64,000 nucleotides of DNA from the NCBI RefSeq assembly GCF_006345805.1, contig NC_042997.1, positions 183,086,001 through 183,150,000 of the forward strand, read 5' to 3'. The position numbers and the translations under genes were made by a program. Origin of the DNA: Octopus sinensis (lineage: Eukaryota). Within the stretch, counting starts at the first letter, position 1; each line of letters opens with the position of its first letter. Below the pieces are notes generated by a model that was not told the DNA's origin, searched no databases, and saw only the letters and a program-made list of their open reading frames with translations. Positions 39,306 to 53,200 of the stretch are shown here, piece by piece.

Positions 39306-42300
39306 CTAGTTGTAGTGTTGCAGAAGCTGTGCCAGACAGCTTCTACCTGGACACATACATACATACATACACATGCATATATGGGTACAGGATGTCACCA
39401 ATATATATATATATATATATAAAATGTTACATCCTTTGGACTTTCAGTTTTTCATTTTCAATTTGCCTAGACACACACACATACATGCATGTGTGTGTCT
39501 GTACTGGTTTACATCTTATTTGCTTAAGAAAATTGCAATATTTAGTCAAAGTTGTCAGTTTCCTTCTCAACAAACCACATGACAAATGGTGTTCATCACT
39601 TGAGAGCAGAAATAATCCTTCACATGGGCCCCTATACAATTTCTGTCTATTAAATTTCACTCATAAGTCTTTGTTCAATCCATGGCAAAGTGCTGTGTAG
39701 TGGAATCAAACCTGAAAGTACATAGTTCTGAAGTTAGCTTTGTTGATTACATCCAAAGTAGGAGGTGATTGTTATGGTTTAGCCCCTTGTGCACGCTGAT
39801 TGAACAGACCTATGATCAAAGGCATTCTACCAATCACCATTCTTTTCCTTAGCACATTGCACCCAGGACCACATTATCCTCTGATAGTAGGGTATGATTT
39901 GAGGGAGGTTTGGTTGTTTCAAGCAAGTCAAGTAGATTTGTAGAGACATCTTGTTGTTTACATATATGGATAAAAGAGTGTGAGCATGTAACTTGTTTCT
40001 TCAATTGATTTAAGTTGGTGGTTGGAAGTGGGTGAACTTTTGTAATATATCACTGATCTTCATTGTTCTACTGATTTATAAGTATCCTTAATATTGGATT
40101 TATCTTTATTTTTAATTTTTTGCTCATTTCAGTCTGTAGACTGTGGCCAAAGAATTTTAGCTGACCAGACGGACCCCAGTACTTGTTTTTTAAAGCCTTG
40201 TACTTATTCTATCAATCCCTTTTGCCAAACAGCTAGGTTACTGAGACATAAACATACCAAAATCAGTTGTCAAGCAGTCATTTTATTCTGCAAAACATGC
40301 TGAAAAATATGAATATGAAAGTATTAAAGTTGTAATTGTTGTAGGATAAGTATGAAAGATGCTGGATACAAAATTTTCTTTGTATATATTTATTTTAATT
40401 TAATGTCTGTGGGTGCACAATAAACTAAAAGAAACCAACACTATGATATTGGTGATGGTAGGATCTTATTTTCTTGTTCTGTAGAATGACTAAAAGTAAA
40501 TTGAAAACTTGTTAGCTTCTCAGTTTCTAAAATAACAGAATAATTGATATTTAATAGTTATGATGATGTACTTAGTGGTTAATGTGATTAAAACTCCAGC
40601 ACTATATTATCCTAATCTTTTTAATACCAATCCACTTGAGTCTGCCTGCACTACAGTATTTGTATTTAGATTAAAATCTTGATCAAAATTTTGTGATGTG
40701 AATACTAAGCTTGAAATTTTAGTTGGTCAACACTAGCATAATAAATACATACAATATATTAATTTAAAAAAACAACAAATAACACCCTCCAAAGTTGTGA
40801 AGCAGGTGAGCAGTCTACTCATTACAAGTATAATCATGAAATGGTTAGAAGAATCAATCACATATTTGCTTCAGTTCTGCTATACAATTGTGTAATGTTG
40901 GAAAAAGTTGCATATATATATATATACACACATAATACATACATGTGTGTGTGTAATATATTTTTGTATTATATAATACTAGTATAAAGATTGCTTTCTT
41001 GGTGGTTTTTCTGCTAGTCATTAAATGATATTTATATATATGATTTCCAATATTTTTTAGTTGTGTAATTTTTCTGATTCAGTGCATCTAATTTTCCTTT
41101 GTATCCTTTATTTGACTGATACTCACTTGCTTAGTAAATATTTCTTTCATTATTTTATCGCAGTTTTAATCTCTCTTTTAAACAAACTCAAAGTACTCCA
41201 TCCTCTACGTGGTCATTTATTATATTAGAAATAGCAGGGATCATGTGGGTATATTCTATGGCATACAGCATACCAAACAGCCATATCCACAAATTCACTT
41301 CTGATTCTTTTCTTCTAAATAATGCCCGTGTAACAATTTCAAATTGCCTACCTACTCCGGTAACTTGAAATTGCATTCAGATTGGGTGGGGAGGCTTGGA
41401 TAAAATTGATTTCATCCTATCCTTTGTGATTTCAGATTACCTTCTCAAATCCCTCCCCAAATGGTTGTTGTCTTGGTAGCAAGTAAAGTGCTTTCTGTGT
41501 GTGTGTGTGTGTGTTAAGTACATGTGTTTAAATCATAGAGAAAGAGTTTTGAACATCTACTTTGTTGGTTCAAGTTGAAGAAGTTGCATTTACAGTGTAT
41601 TAATATATTTTTTATTTTATAATTGTGAATGACTATATTTTGCATATGAATATATTTTGTTTGCATTTGAAGTATATGTCTATTTATATATTTTGTTTTG
41701 CATAATATATATTTCAATCACTAAAAGTTATTTTTAAAAAATTGCAGACACAGAATCTCTGTTGTTCAAAGGTGTTTTTTAAAGGCATCATAAAAATGTT
41801 AGGGGATATATTGCGACAATAATCATATTGAAAATCTTACTGTTGGTTCTAATGTGATTATTATATCTTTTCAGTCAACATATATATATATATATTTGTA
41901 CATGTTGGTATTAATAACATATATAAACACACAATTGCAGAGATACAGGCATGGGAATTGATATATTTTTTTTTTATTTCTGTTCATTATATGAACTATA
42001 GTAACATAAGCAGTGGAGGTTCAACAAAGGAATCAACTATTGAAAATATATTAACAAAGAAGATGTGGAAAGAGAGAGAGGGGGAAGCAAGACATTAAAA
42101 AAAATGCTTTCTCTCAGATTAAGATTTGAAAAAAACAATTGCAGAGAATTAAAGTTATTTAGCTGAGAACATTACATTTTGATAAAAAAATATATTAAAA
42201 CTAGAATTTTTAAGAATTTTCTAGACCGTAGAGACTTTAATAATTGCTTTCTCAATTGCAGCACTTATACAAGGGTCAGCTGAAAAGCTCTTAGGCTGAC

Positions 42301-42336
42301 CAAGGTACTCTCATGGAATAAAACCAAATAAGGATT

Positions 42337-43000
42337 ATAAGAATAATAATAATAATGAAATTATTGTATATAGTGCTCAGGTGCACTACAACTTGTTAAA
42401 AGTGCATATAAAGCATATGCAGTAATGTACAAATGTCTGGAAAGTGAACAGTGTATGAGTCAGATACATGCTTGCATGTGTATGGAGGGGAGAAAATCAG
42501 GTGTAGTGTTGGCAAATCTCAGGAAGTTTTGAAGGATGCAGTGCTCCGACAACTAACAACTGATGCCAGCAGTTTGTTCCATGCTTCAGCAACTCTTAGC
42601 GTAAAAAAATGTTTTCGAAAGTCATGGGAGCTGTGCTGTTTTCTGACTTTGTAAACATGTCCACGGGTGTTAGACAGATGGAGTTTGAAAAGGTGCTCAG
42701 TGTTATTGTTATTAAGATGGTTAATAATTTTATGGATGTCTACCAAGTCAGCTGCCAGACGTCGGAGTTTCAATGTATCCATGCCCAGGGAAGTAAGGCG
42801 TTCAGAATATGGCAAATGCCTGATGGAGGGCATTCTCTTGGTTGCACGTCGCTGAACGGTTTCCAGATGATTAATATCCCGGGCAAGATAGGGGTTCCAG
42901 ACCGGTGATGCAAATTCCAGATGAGGTCGCACCATAGCTATATAAAGCCTCGGATAAATAGAAGTCAACTTCATTGTGTGTATTTAAGCTATTATTTTTT
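42337..43000 (-). mobile_element. CR1-clade LINE 3' end
   Basis: LYIAMVRPHLEFASPVWNPYL..DINHLETVQRRATK...TRGH.YK...FFTLRVAEAWNKL; (ATT)n tail near 42340-42355. Confidence 0.9.
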
Positions 43001-43059
43001 CTGTAAAAAACTATTCTGACATTAAATGAGTCAACTTCTGGTACGAATGTTTACATGTC

Positions 43060-43313
43060 TGGCTTCCGTGCCGGTGGCACGTTAAAAGCACCAACTGATT
43101 GTGGCCGATGCCAGACTCCCCTGGCACCTGTGCAGGTGGCACGTAAAAAGCACCCACTACACTCATGGAGTGGTTGGCGTTAGGAAGGGCATCCAGCTGT
43201 AGAAACACTGCCAGATCAGACTGGAGCCTGGTGCAGCCTCCTGGCTTCCCAGACCCCGGTCGAACCGTTCAACCTGTGCTAGCATGGAAAACGGACGTTA
43301 AATGATGATGATG
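43060..43313 (+). mobile_element. RTE 3' UTR fragment
   Basis: Reverse orientation of 22039-22430; ends ACGGACGTTAAATGATGATGATG. Confidence 0.85.
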
Positions 43314-43992
43314 TCTTTTTTTCAACAACAAAAATTTCAAAACAAATTCTGGAAACAACCTACTCATGTAATTTACGCACACCCTAAAGTTTATTTTTAT
43401 TTTTGTGAAAAAATGTGTGTAAATTACATGGGCTTTTACAGTATATATAAAGTGTCTATATTATAATAAAGCTGTTTATCAATTAGTTATATATACCTAA
43501 ATTATACTGAAAGAAAATTCTTTAGCATTCAAATTTTAATATGTTTTTATCAAAACGTATTTTCATGGTTCTTTTATTATTGAACATTTCAACAACACAA
43601 TTCAGAAAACTAATTTTTTATTCATTGTGAGATAGCATTTTTTGACATCTTGCTCCTTTCTCACTTCATTTGTGTCTCTGTTTTCTCCTCTGTTTCCTTG
43701 TATCTCTCTCTCTTCAGTTGTTTTCATTAACAAAGTTTTTCTTCAAGATACTTTGAGAATATTTGTAAAAATTTTTACACTATGTCTATTTATCATGTCA
43801 AAATTACAGAAATTTTTTGAGTTTCATTCTTTTATACACAAATGTGTAAACGATGGTCCTTTGAATAATGAAAGCCTTGGGTTATTTTCTGTGCCTTTGC
43901 GTTTATTGTTAGGTAATATATTGATTTTGTTTAGCATATTGATCACACTACAATAGTACAATTACATACTGTGCTATTTGTTTCCATATTAG

Positions 43993-44344
43993 AATTTTTC
44001 AATTCCACATGGGTCGTCCCAAAAAATATGCAACTAAAGCAGAATGGTTGGAAGCAAAGGCACTACAGCAAAGGGAGAGAAGGGCAATGGAATCAAAGAA
44101 AACCAGGGCAAAACGACTGAAACAAATGTGTGAATATACTCGTAAACGTAGAGAATATGATTCTGTTTCTACTACACATGACAGACTGGCTAGGGTATCT
44201 CAAGAAGAGAATAATCTACTTCAAAATAATACACTGAGCCAGCTTTCACAGTCTGTAAATATTCAGGTGCCAATTGATAATCATCATCAAATGGACAAGA
44301 TATACAGACAAATATCTCGTGCAAATATTTCATTGCATACACAG
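43993..44344 (+). CDS. candidate exon encoding an AT-hook-like/STPR-repeat peptide (Helitron N-terminus or FMBP-1-like); 112 open codons from the ATG at 44009
   Basis: Acceptor TTTCCATATTAG| at 43992; MGRPKKY...ESKKTRAKRLKQMCEYTRKRREY-DSVSTTHDRL (R6, R9, L10, M13, Y16, R20 STPR pattern); phase-0 donor CAG|GTGACT at 44345. Confidence 0.5.
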
Positions 44345-44539
44345 GTGACTATTTTTTATAATATTCTACTTTTCATTAACTGTTATTTATGTTAATTCTT
44401 TAAATTCTTTCCCCTTCATTACCATTTTCAATTATTACATGTTTCCATCTTGTCCTCATATTACATAGAGCTCCGTTGATCATTGTCATCCGATATTAGT
44501 AAAAATAAGACAATATATGCATGTGTATATGTAAATATA

Positions 44540-45765
44540 TTAAAGTGTTCAGAAAGTGATTATGTTTTTTCACTACTATGAAATATGAATCAACCAATCA
44601 TGTCAGAGCTATGATCAAATGAATGGGAACTGTCTAGAAATAGTATATCATCTCTTCTATCTGGCAGTGTGTCATTCATAGTTATTTTGATAATTAACCC
44701 CATGGAGGATAAGAAACTTTATAAAATAACATATTTGCCATTGCTTACTGTATGAGTTTCAAAAAAAAAAGTACCACTAAAGAAACAATGAGAAACATTT
44801 GTGAAGTGTATCTGGATGCAGTGATAGCTTGTACATGTCAGCTGTGGTTTAAAAGGTTTAAAGATGGTGATTGTGACATATCTGATAAGCCTCACTCTGG
44901 AAGATGATCCACTCTGAATGACAACTTATTGAATGAGACTGTTGTATTGGATCCACATCAAAGCACCAGACATTTGGTGCAAAAATGCAATGTGTTATGT
45001 TCAACTATCCATGAACATCGCAAGCAAATTAGGAAGGCATGCAAAGAGGGAATTTGGGTTCCACATGAGCTTGTGTTTGAGAACTGAAAACAATATTCCA
45101 CCATCTGCAGCAGTCTTCTAACCAGGAATAACAATCTGTCATTCCTGCAGTGCATTGTTACAGGTAATGAAAAATGGGTTTTGCATCACAATATAACAAA
45201 AAGGACAATGGTTATCATGTAATGAGAGGTTAGTGTCAACACCAAAACCCGAACTCCATCCACAAAAATCCTTGTTCTGTGTTTGTTGGAACATGGAAGG
45301 ACCATCAATGCAGATGTCCATTGTCAGCAATTTGATTGTGTAATTGAAAAATTATGTCAATAGTGGTCAGCTTTAGTAAACAGAAATGGTGTTATTCTCC
45401 ACAGCCACACTCTTCAAAACAAACCCAAGCAAAACTAATATTAAGGATGGGAAGTTCTTCCACACCCCTCATATTCACCTGACTTAGCACCTATAGATTT
45501 CCATCTGTTCTGATCACTAGAACATTTTATACGAGGCAAAACATTCAGAAATAGAGTGTAAGTTGAAAACAGTCTCTCAGACTTTTTTTCAGGAAAAGAA
45601 ATAGGTTTCTTTGAACGTGGCATGAAAAAGTTACTTTTCTGTTGGGTGGCAGTCATTGAAAATGATGGTAATTACATTCTTGATTACAACTATTAAGATA
45701 AATTTAGTTTATATTTGTTTTTATGTCCTTTCTGGTAAAACACAATTACTTTCTGAACACCCTAA
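44540..45765 (+). mobile_element. full-length decayed mariner (1226 bp)
   Basis: TA|TTAAAGTGTTCAGAAAGTGATT and AATTACTTTCTGAACACCCTAA|TA TIRs; WFKRFKDGD, WVPHEL, IVTGNEKW, PYSPDLAPIDFHLF. Confidence 0.9.
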
Positions 45766-45831
45766 TAGATATACATATGTGTGTGTATATGTATGTATAT
45801 GTATAAATAGGTGTGTGTGTGTATATATATA

Positions 45832-45881
<50 letters not shown>

Positions 45882-46199
45882 ATATTTTATGAAGTTGGAA
45901 AGACTTCACAAATTGTTACATGGTTTCAGATAACCGATCATCAGATAGTCGTGAGTATTTTGAAGTATTTAGTACAATGCAATAATTTGTAAGTACTTAT
46001 GATTACCAACTCCTCAAACAAACATATAAACCTGATCAGGTACTTACTTTTCAAAATAACAATTGATGTAGAATTTCTATGGTCAGATGCCCTACCTATT
46101 GTCAACCCTTACCTGTTTCTGTGTAAGACTGATATTTCCCCATGACTGGGTGTGTTTTCATATTGTTGCATTACAGTGACACTTATTTACAACTATCAT

Positions 46200-46410
46200 G
46201 CAATTTCAAGTTAAGGAGATAGCAATATGTGCATGTGTGCACACACACACACACAAACATGACAAGCTACTTTCTGTTTCTGTCTACCAAATCCACTTGA
46301 GGATTTGGTTGGCTCCAGGTCTATGGTAGGAAACACTTGTCCAAGAGGTTATGCAGTGGGACTGAACCTAGAACTATGTGGTTAGGAAGCAAGTTTCTTA
46401 CCACCTAGCC
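46200..46410 (-). mobile_element. family C SINE 5' part, CpG-decayed
   Basis: GCAGTGGGACTGAACCTAGAACTATGTGGTTAGGAAGCAAGTTTCTTACCAC. Confidence 0.7.
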
Positions 46411-46499
46411 GATGCTTAGTAAAAGTTGTAATATTTGTGGTCTGTGGGAAAACACCTGGATATTTTAAATAGAGCAACAGTATCAGTAAATGTTATAAG

Positions 46500-46870
46500 C
46501 TGTAAACTTAGCCATTTGGTGATATTAATCTAGAAATCAAGTAGTTTAAAGACTCTCTGGAGTTACTCTTAAAGCTCTTGCTCAACTGCACCCCATGCAT
46601 AATAATCAACAGGATTGCAGTCTGTGGAGTTAGGTGACCAGATGTTAGGGGGGATGTGGTTGCAGAAATTGTCTGACAGCCATGACTGGGTTCGCCTGCT
46701 TGTGTAGTTTGGTGCAGAGTCATGGGAAGATGAATGGAGGCATAACATCGCCATCACTACTGATCACTCTGAACATCATAATGTTGACTGGGTGTTTGAT
46801 TTTTATTATTCTCAGTATATGTTTTGGGGACACAGCAAGCCAATGGTTGTTCTGATCTTGGTAGAAATAT
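46500..46870 (-). mobile_element. Tc1/maT (DD37D-like) transposase fragment
   Basis: HDSAPNYTSRRTQSWLSDNF...WSPNSTDCNPVDYYAWGAVEQE. Confidence 0.8.
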
Positions 46871-46959
46871 TTCTCGTCTGAGAAGCACCAAGCATTGGTT
46901 GGAGGGGAAGCTTGAGTTTGTTCAAAAGCTTCGTAGCATGATCTTATTTATCGTAGCAT

Positions 46960-47065
46960 GATAAATTAAGTATCAGTTTCGCACTGGGGTCGATGTAATC
47001 GACTTAATTCCTTTGTCTGTCCTTGTTTGTCCCCTCTATGTTTAGCCCCTTGTGGATAGTAAAGA
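46960..47065 (+). mobile_element. family A SINE 3' half
   Basis: GATAAATTAAGTATCAGTTTCGCACTGGGGTCGATGTAATCGAC...GTAAAGAAATA. Confidence 0.8.
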
Positions 47066-47799
47066 AATATATATGTATATATGTATATATATTATATGTA
47101 TATATATGTATATATATGTGTATATATATATGTATATATGTGTATATGTATATATATGTATATATATGTATATATATGTGTATATATATGTATATATGTG
47201 TATATGTATATATATGTATATATATATGTATATATATGTATATATATATATGTATATATGTATATATATGTATATATATATATATGTTTATATATGTATA
47301 TATATATATGTATATATATAGGTATGTATATATTGTAATATATATATATGTATATATATATGTATGTTATATATATGTTATATATGTATATATTATATAT
47401 ATATGGTATATATATGTATTATATGTATATATATATATAATGTATATATGTATATATATATATGTTTATATGTATATATATATATGTATTATATGTATAT
47501 ATATATGTATATTATATGTATATTATATGTATTATATGTATATATATATATGTATTATATGTATATATATATGTATTATATGTATATATATATATGTATT
47601 ATATGTATATATATATGTATTATATGTATATATATATGTATTATATGTATATATATATATGTATTATATATATGTATTATATGTATATATATATATGTAT
47701 TATATGTAATATATTATATGTATTATATGTATATATATATATGTATTATATGTATATATATATATATATAGTATTATATGTATTATATGTTATATGTAT

Positions 47800-47832
<33 letters not shown>

Positions 47833-49283
47833 TATGTATTATATGTATATATATATATATGTATATATATATATAATATATGTATTATATGTATATATAT
47901 ATATATGTATTATATGTATATATATATATATGTATATATATATATGTATATATATATATATGTATATATTATGTATTATATGTGTATATATATATATGTA
48001 TTATATGTATATATATATATATGTATATATATATATGTATTATATGTATTATATGTATATATATATGTATATATATAATATTTATATGTATTATATGTAT
48101 ATATATATATGTATATATATATATGTATTATATGTATTATATGTATATATATATGTATTATATGTATATATATGTATTATATGTATATATATATGTATAT
48201 ATATATGTATTATATGTATATATATATGTATTATATGTATATATATATATGTATTATATGTATATATATATATGTATTATATGTATATATATATATGTAT
48301 ATATATATGTGTATTATATGTATATATATATGTATATGTATATATATATATGTATATGTATATATATATATGTATTATATGTATATAATGTATTATATGT
48401 ATATATATGTATTATATGTATATATATGTATTATATGTATATATATGTATTATATGTATGTATATATATGTATTATAGTATATATATATATGTATATATG
48501 ATATATATTATGTATTATATGTATGTTATATATGTATTATATGTATGTATATATATGTATTATATGTATGTATATATATATATGTATTATATGTATATAT
48601 ATATATTATATGTTTGTATATATATGTATTATATGTATATAATATATGTATTATATGTATATATATATATGTATTATATGTATATATATATATGTTTATA
48701 TATATATATATGTATTATATGTATATATATATATGATTATATATGTATATATATATATGTATATATATGTATATATATATATGTATTATATGTATATATA
48801 TATATGTATTATATATATATATATATATTGTATTATATGTATATATATATATGTATTATATATGTATATATATATGTATTATATATGTATATATATATAT
48901 GTATTATATGTATATATATATATGTATTATATGTGTATATATATATATGTATTATATGTATATATATATATATGTATTATATGTATATATATATATATGT
49001 ATTATATGTATATATATATATATGTATTATATGTATATATATATATATGTATGTATATATATATATGTATATGGCGTTAGGAAGGGCATCCAGCCGTAGA
49101 AACACTGCCAGTTTGACTGGGCCTGATGAAGCTTTCTGGCTTCACAGATCCCAGTGGAACTGTCCAACCCATGCTAGCATGGAAAACGGACGCTAAACGA
49201 TGATGATGATATATATATGTATTATATGTGTATATATATATATATATATATGTATGTATATATATATATGTATTATATGTATG

Positions 49284-49314
<31 letters not shown>

Positions 49315-49485
49315 TATATGTATGTATATATAATATATATGTATGTATATATATATTATATGTATGTATATATATATATATGTATGTATGTATATATATA
49401 TTTATATGTATGTATATATATATATTTATATGTATGTATATATATATATTTATATGTATGTGTTATATATATATTTATATGTATG

Positions 49486-49575
<90 letters not shown>

Positions 49576-49773
49576 TATGTATATATGTATGTATGTATGT
49601 ATATATGTATGTATGTATGTATATATGTATGTATATATGTATGTATGTATGTATGTATATATATATATATGTATGTATATATATATGTATGTATATATAT
49701 ATATGTATGTATGTATATATGTATGTATATATATATGTATGTATATATGTATGTATGTATATATGTATGTATG

Positions 49774-49807
<34 letters not shown>

Positions 49808-49942
49808 TGTATATATGTATGTATGTATGTATATATGTATGTATATATATATGTGTGTATATAATATGTATATGTGTTATATATATATGTATGTGTGGTA
49901 TATATATATATGTATGTATATATATATATGTATGTATATATG

Positions 49943-49975
<33 letters not shown>

Positions 49976-50207
49976 TATATGTATGTATATATATATATAT
50001 GTATGTATATATATATGTATGTATATATATAATATATGTATGTAATATATATTATGTATGTATATATATATATATGTATGTATATATATATGTATGTATA
50101 TATATATATGTATGTATATATATATATATGTATGTATATATAATATATGTATGATATATATATGTATGTATATATATATTATATGTATGTATATGTGTTG
50201 TATATAT
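47066..50207. repeat. large compound (TA)n/ATGTATTAT/(TATG)n satellite block with an embedded RTE 3' fragment at 49073-49210
   Basis: Directly visible; source of the long YI/CV-repeat pseudo-ORFs. Confidence 0.95.
49073..49210 (+). mobile_element. 138-bp RTE 3' end, copy 1
   Basis: GGCGTTAGGAAGGGCATCCAGCCGTAG...GGACGCTAAACGATGATGATGAT. Confidence 0.9.
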
Positions 50208-53200
50208 CATCATCATCATCGTTTAGCGTCCGTTTTCCATGCTAGCATGGGTTGGACGGTTCTACTGGGGTCTGTGAAGCCAGAAGGCTTCATCAGGCCC
50301 AGTCAAATTGGCAGTGTTCTACAGCTGGATGCCCTCTAACGCCAACCACTCCGTGAGTGTAGTGGGTGCTTTTTACGTGCCACCCGCACTGGTGCCAGAC
50401 AGAGCTGGCAAACGGCCACGAACGGATGGTGCTTTTTATGTGCCACCGGCACGAGGGCCAGGCGAGGCTGGCAACGGACACGAAACGGGGCGGTGCTGGC
50501 AACGGTCGTGAAACGGAAAGTTCTCTTACATGCCACCGGCACTGGTAACACATCTGCAATTTCCATTGATCGATTTCGATTCTGATCGTCACTTGCCTCA
50601 ACGGGTCTTCACAAGCAGAGTTTGACATGCCACCGGCACTGGTAGCACATCCGCAATTTCCATTGATCGATTTCGATTCTGATCCTCACTTGCCTCATCA
50701 CGTCTTCACAAGTAGAGTTTTGTGTCCCAAGAAGGAAGGTATGCATACGTAGGCTGGCTCCATCCATGTAGAGGCCACGGGTTATGGACTCACTTGTCCT
50801 GCCGGGTCTTCTCGCGCACAGCACACTTCCAGAGGTCTCGGTCTCTAGTCATTTCCTCAGTGAGACCTAAAGTTCGAAGGTCGTGCTTCATCACCTCGTC
50901 CCAGGTTTTCCTGGGTCTGCCTCTTCCACAGGTTCCCTCAACCGCTAGGGTGTGGCACTTTTTCACACAACTATCTTCATCCATTCTCGCCACATGACCA
51001 TACCAGCGCAAACGTCTCTCTTGCACACACAACTGATGCTTCTTAGGTCCAGCTTTTCTCTCAAGGTACTTACACTCTGCCGAGTGTGAGTACCGGCATT
51101 ACACATCCATCGGAGCATACTGGCTTCATTTCTAGCGAGCTTACGCATATCCTCAGCAGTCAGCCCATGTTTCACTGCCATGTAGCATGGCTGTTCGTAC
51201 ACACGCATCATACAGTCTGCCTTTCACTCTGTGCGAGAGGCCTTTTGTCACCAGCAGAGGTAAGAGCTCTCTGAACTTTGCCCAAGCTATTCTTACTCTA
51301 GCAGTTACACTTTCAGCACACCCGCCCCCGCTGCTGACTTGGTCACCTAGGTAACGGAAACTATCAACTATTTCTAGTTTTTCTCCCTGGAAAGTGACGG
51401 AAGTTGGTCTCAGAGCATTTTCAGTGTTTATTGTTCCTGCACATACAAAAACCATCTTCCTAGTTAGCCTTCCTTTGACATTGCTGCATCTCTTATGTGT
51501 CCATAGCTTACACTGGTGCATCTTATAGAGTTTCTACCTACACCTTTTCTACAGATCGAGCAGGGCCATCTACCTGAAGGTGTTGTGATTTGTCTACCTT
51601 CCTACTGATTACGACTTTGGTTTTAGCTAGATTGACTCTGAGGCCCTTCGATTCTAATCCTTGTTTCCACACCTGAACTTCTCCTCCAGTTCTGATAGCG
51701 ACTCAGCAATTAGAGCAAGGTCATCAGCATAGAGGAGCTCCCAAGGGCATCCTGTCTTGAATTCCTCCGTTATTGCCTGGAGGACTATGATAATAGGAGG
51801 GGGCTGAGTACTGAGCCTTGGTGGACCCCTACCTCTACCCGGAATTCTTCACTGTACTCATTTCCAACCCTCACCCTACTAGCGGCGTCCCTATACATGG
51901 CCCGCACAGCTCTCACTAACCATTCATCTATCCCTAGTTTTCTCATTGCCCACCAGATAAGGGATCGGGGGACCCTGTCGAAGGCTTTCTCCATGTCAAC
52001 AAAAGCCAGGTACAGGGGCTTATCTTTGGCTAGGTATTTCTCCTGCAGCTGCCTTACCAGGATATTAGCAATCAGTAGTACTTTTCCCTGGCACAAACCC
52101 AAACTGCATCTCATCTAAACTAACTCTCTCTCTAATTAGTTGGGCTATGACCCTCTCCGTAACCTTCATCACCTGGTCCAACAGCTTGATACCTCTGTAG
52201 TTATTTGTATCTAGGGCATCACCTTTACCTTTGTAGCAGTGGACTATTATACTGCTACACCAGTCATTGGGTATGACCCCTTTGTGTATCACCTGATTAA
52301 CTATACGGGTGACTAGGCTATAGCCGACACTACCAGACATTTTGAGCATCTCTGCAGTGATTCGTGATGGGCCTGGGGCTTTCCCTGTCTTCATGCTTCT
52401 AATTGCCTTAGCTACCACGGAACTATCAACTCGGATAGCTGGTCCCTATGTTGGGTCAACATTCGGCAGACTCTCTTATCCCATTCATTTTCTTCATTCA
52501 GCAACCTTTCATAGTGGCATCTCCAAACCTCTCTCTTTGCATCCTCATTTAGCGCAAGTGAACCATCTTCCATGCGAACACACTTCTCTCTCCCCACATC
52601 ACGATTCTCTCTCACACACTGTCTTGCAACACGAAACACCTCCAGTCTTTGGTCCTCACGGCGCAGAACATTGGCAAATTTTTCTTTATTGCTTCCCCTC
52701 TGGCTAAATAAACCTTCTCCTAGCTTCTTTTGGCAGTCTGATACAATCCCCTGCTACCCCATTTTTCCAGACCTTCCAAGCCTGTCTCTTTTCTCTAATA
52801 GCCCTGTCTACAATATTGTTCCACCACCACGTTATTCTAGGTCGAGAGGGGACTTTGCACCAGCCACAGATCTGGTCAGTGGCTCTCAGCAGGTTGTCCC
52901 TTAGAAACGTCCAGCTGTCTTCTACCCCTGTGATGCTCTATCCCTTTACTTCGTCAGAGGCTTCAAGTAATATGTCCCTAAATCTCTGTCCATTTGCAGG
53001 ATCTTTAAGCTTCCAGATCCTTCTCTCCATATTTGTCGTCTTCTGGTTGTCCTCCTAGTCCTGATCCTAAAGTCACTAACTACCAGTCTATGTTGTGGGG
53101 TACATTCTTCACCTGGGAAGGTTTTGGCATTTATAAGCAGCCATCTCTCCCTTTGCCTTGTAAGGATGTAGTCAATTTGGCTGGTATGTTGGCCCGATTG

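Noticed and set aside
49120-49150. CTGATGAAGC...GCTTC in the RTE 3' UTR resembling a hammerhead
   Set aside because: No GAAA or stem III follows stem II.
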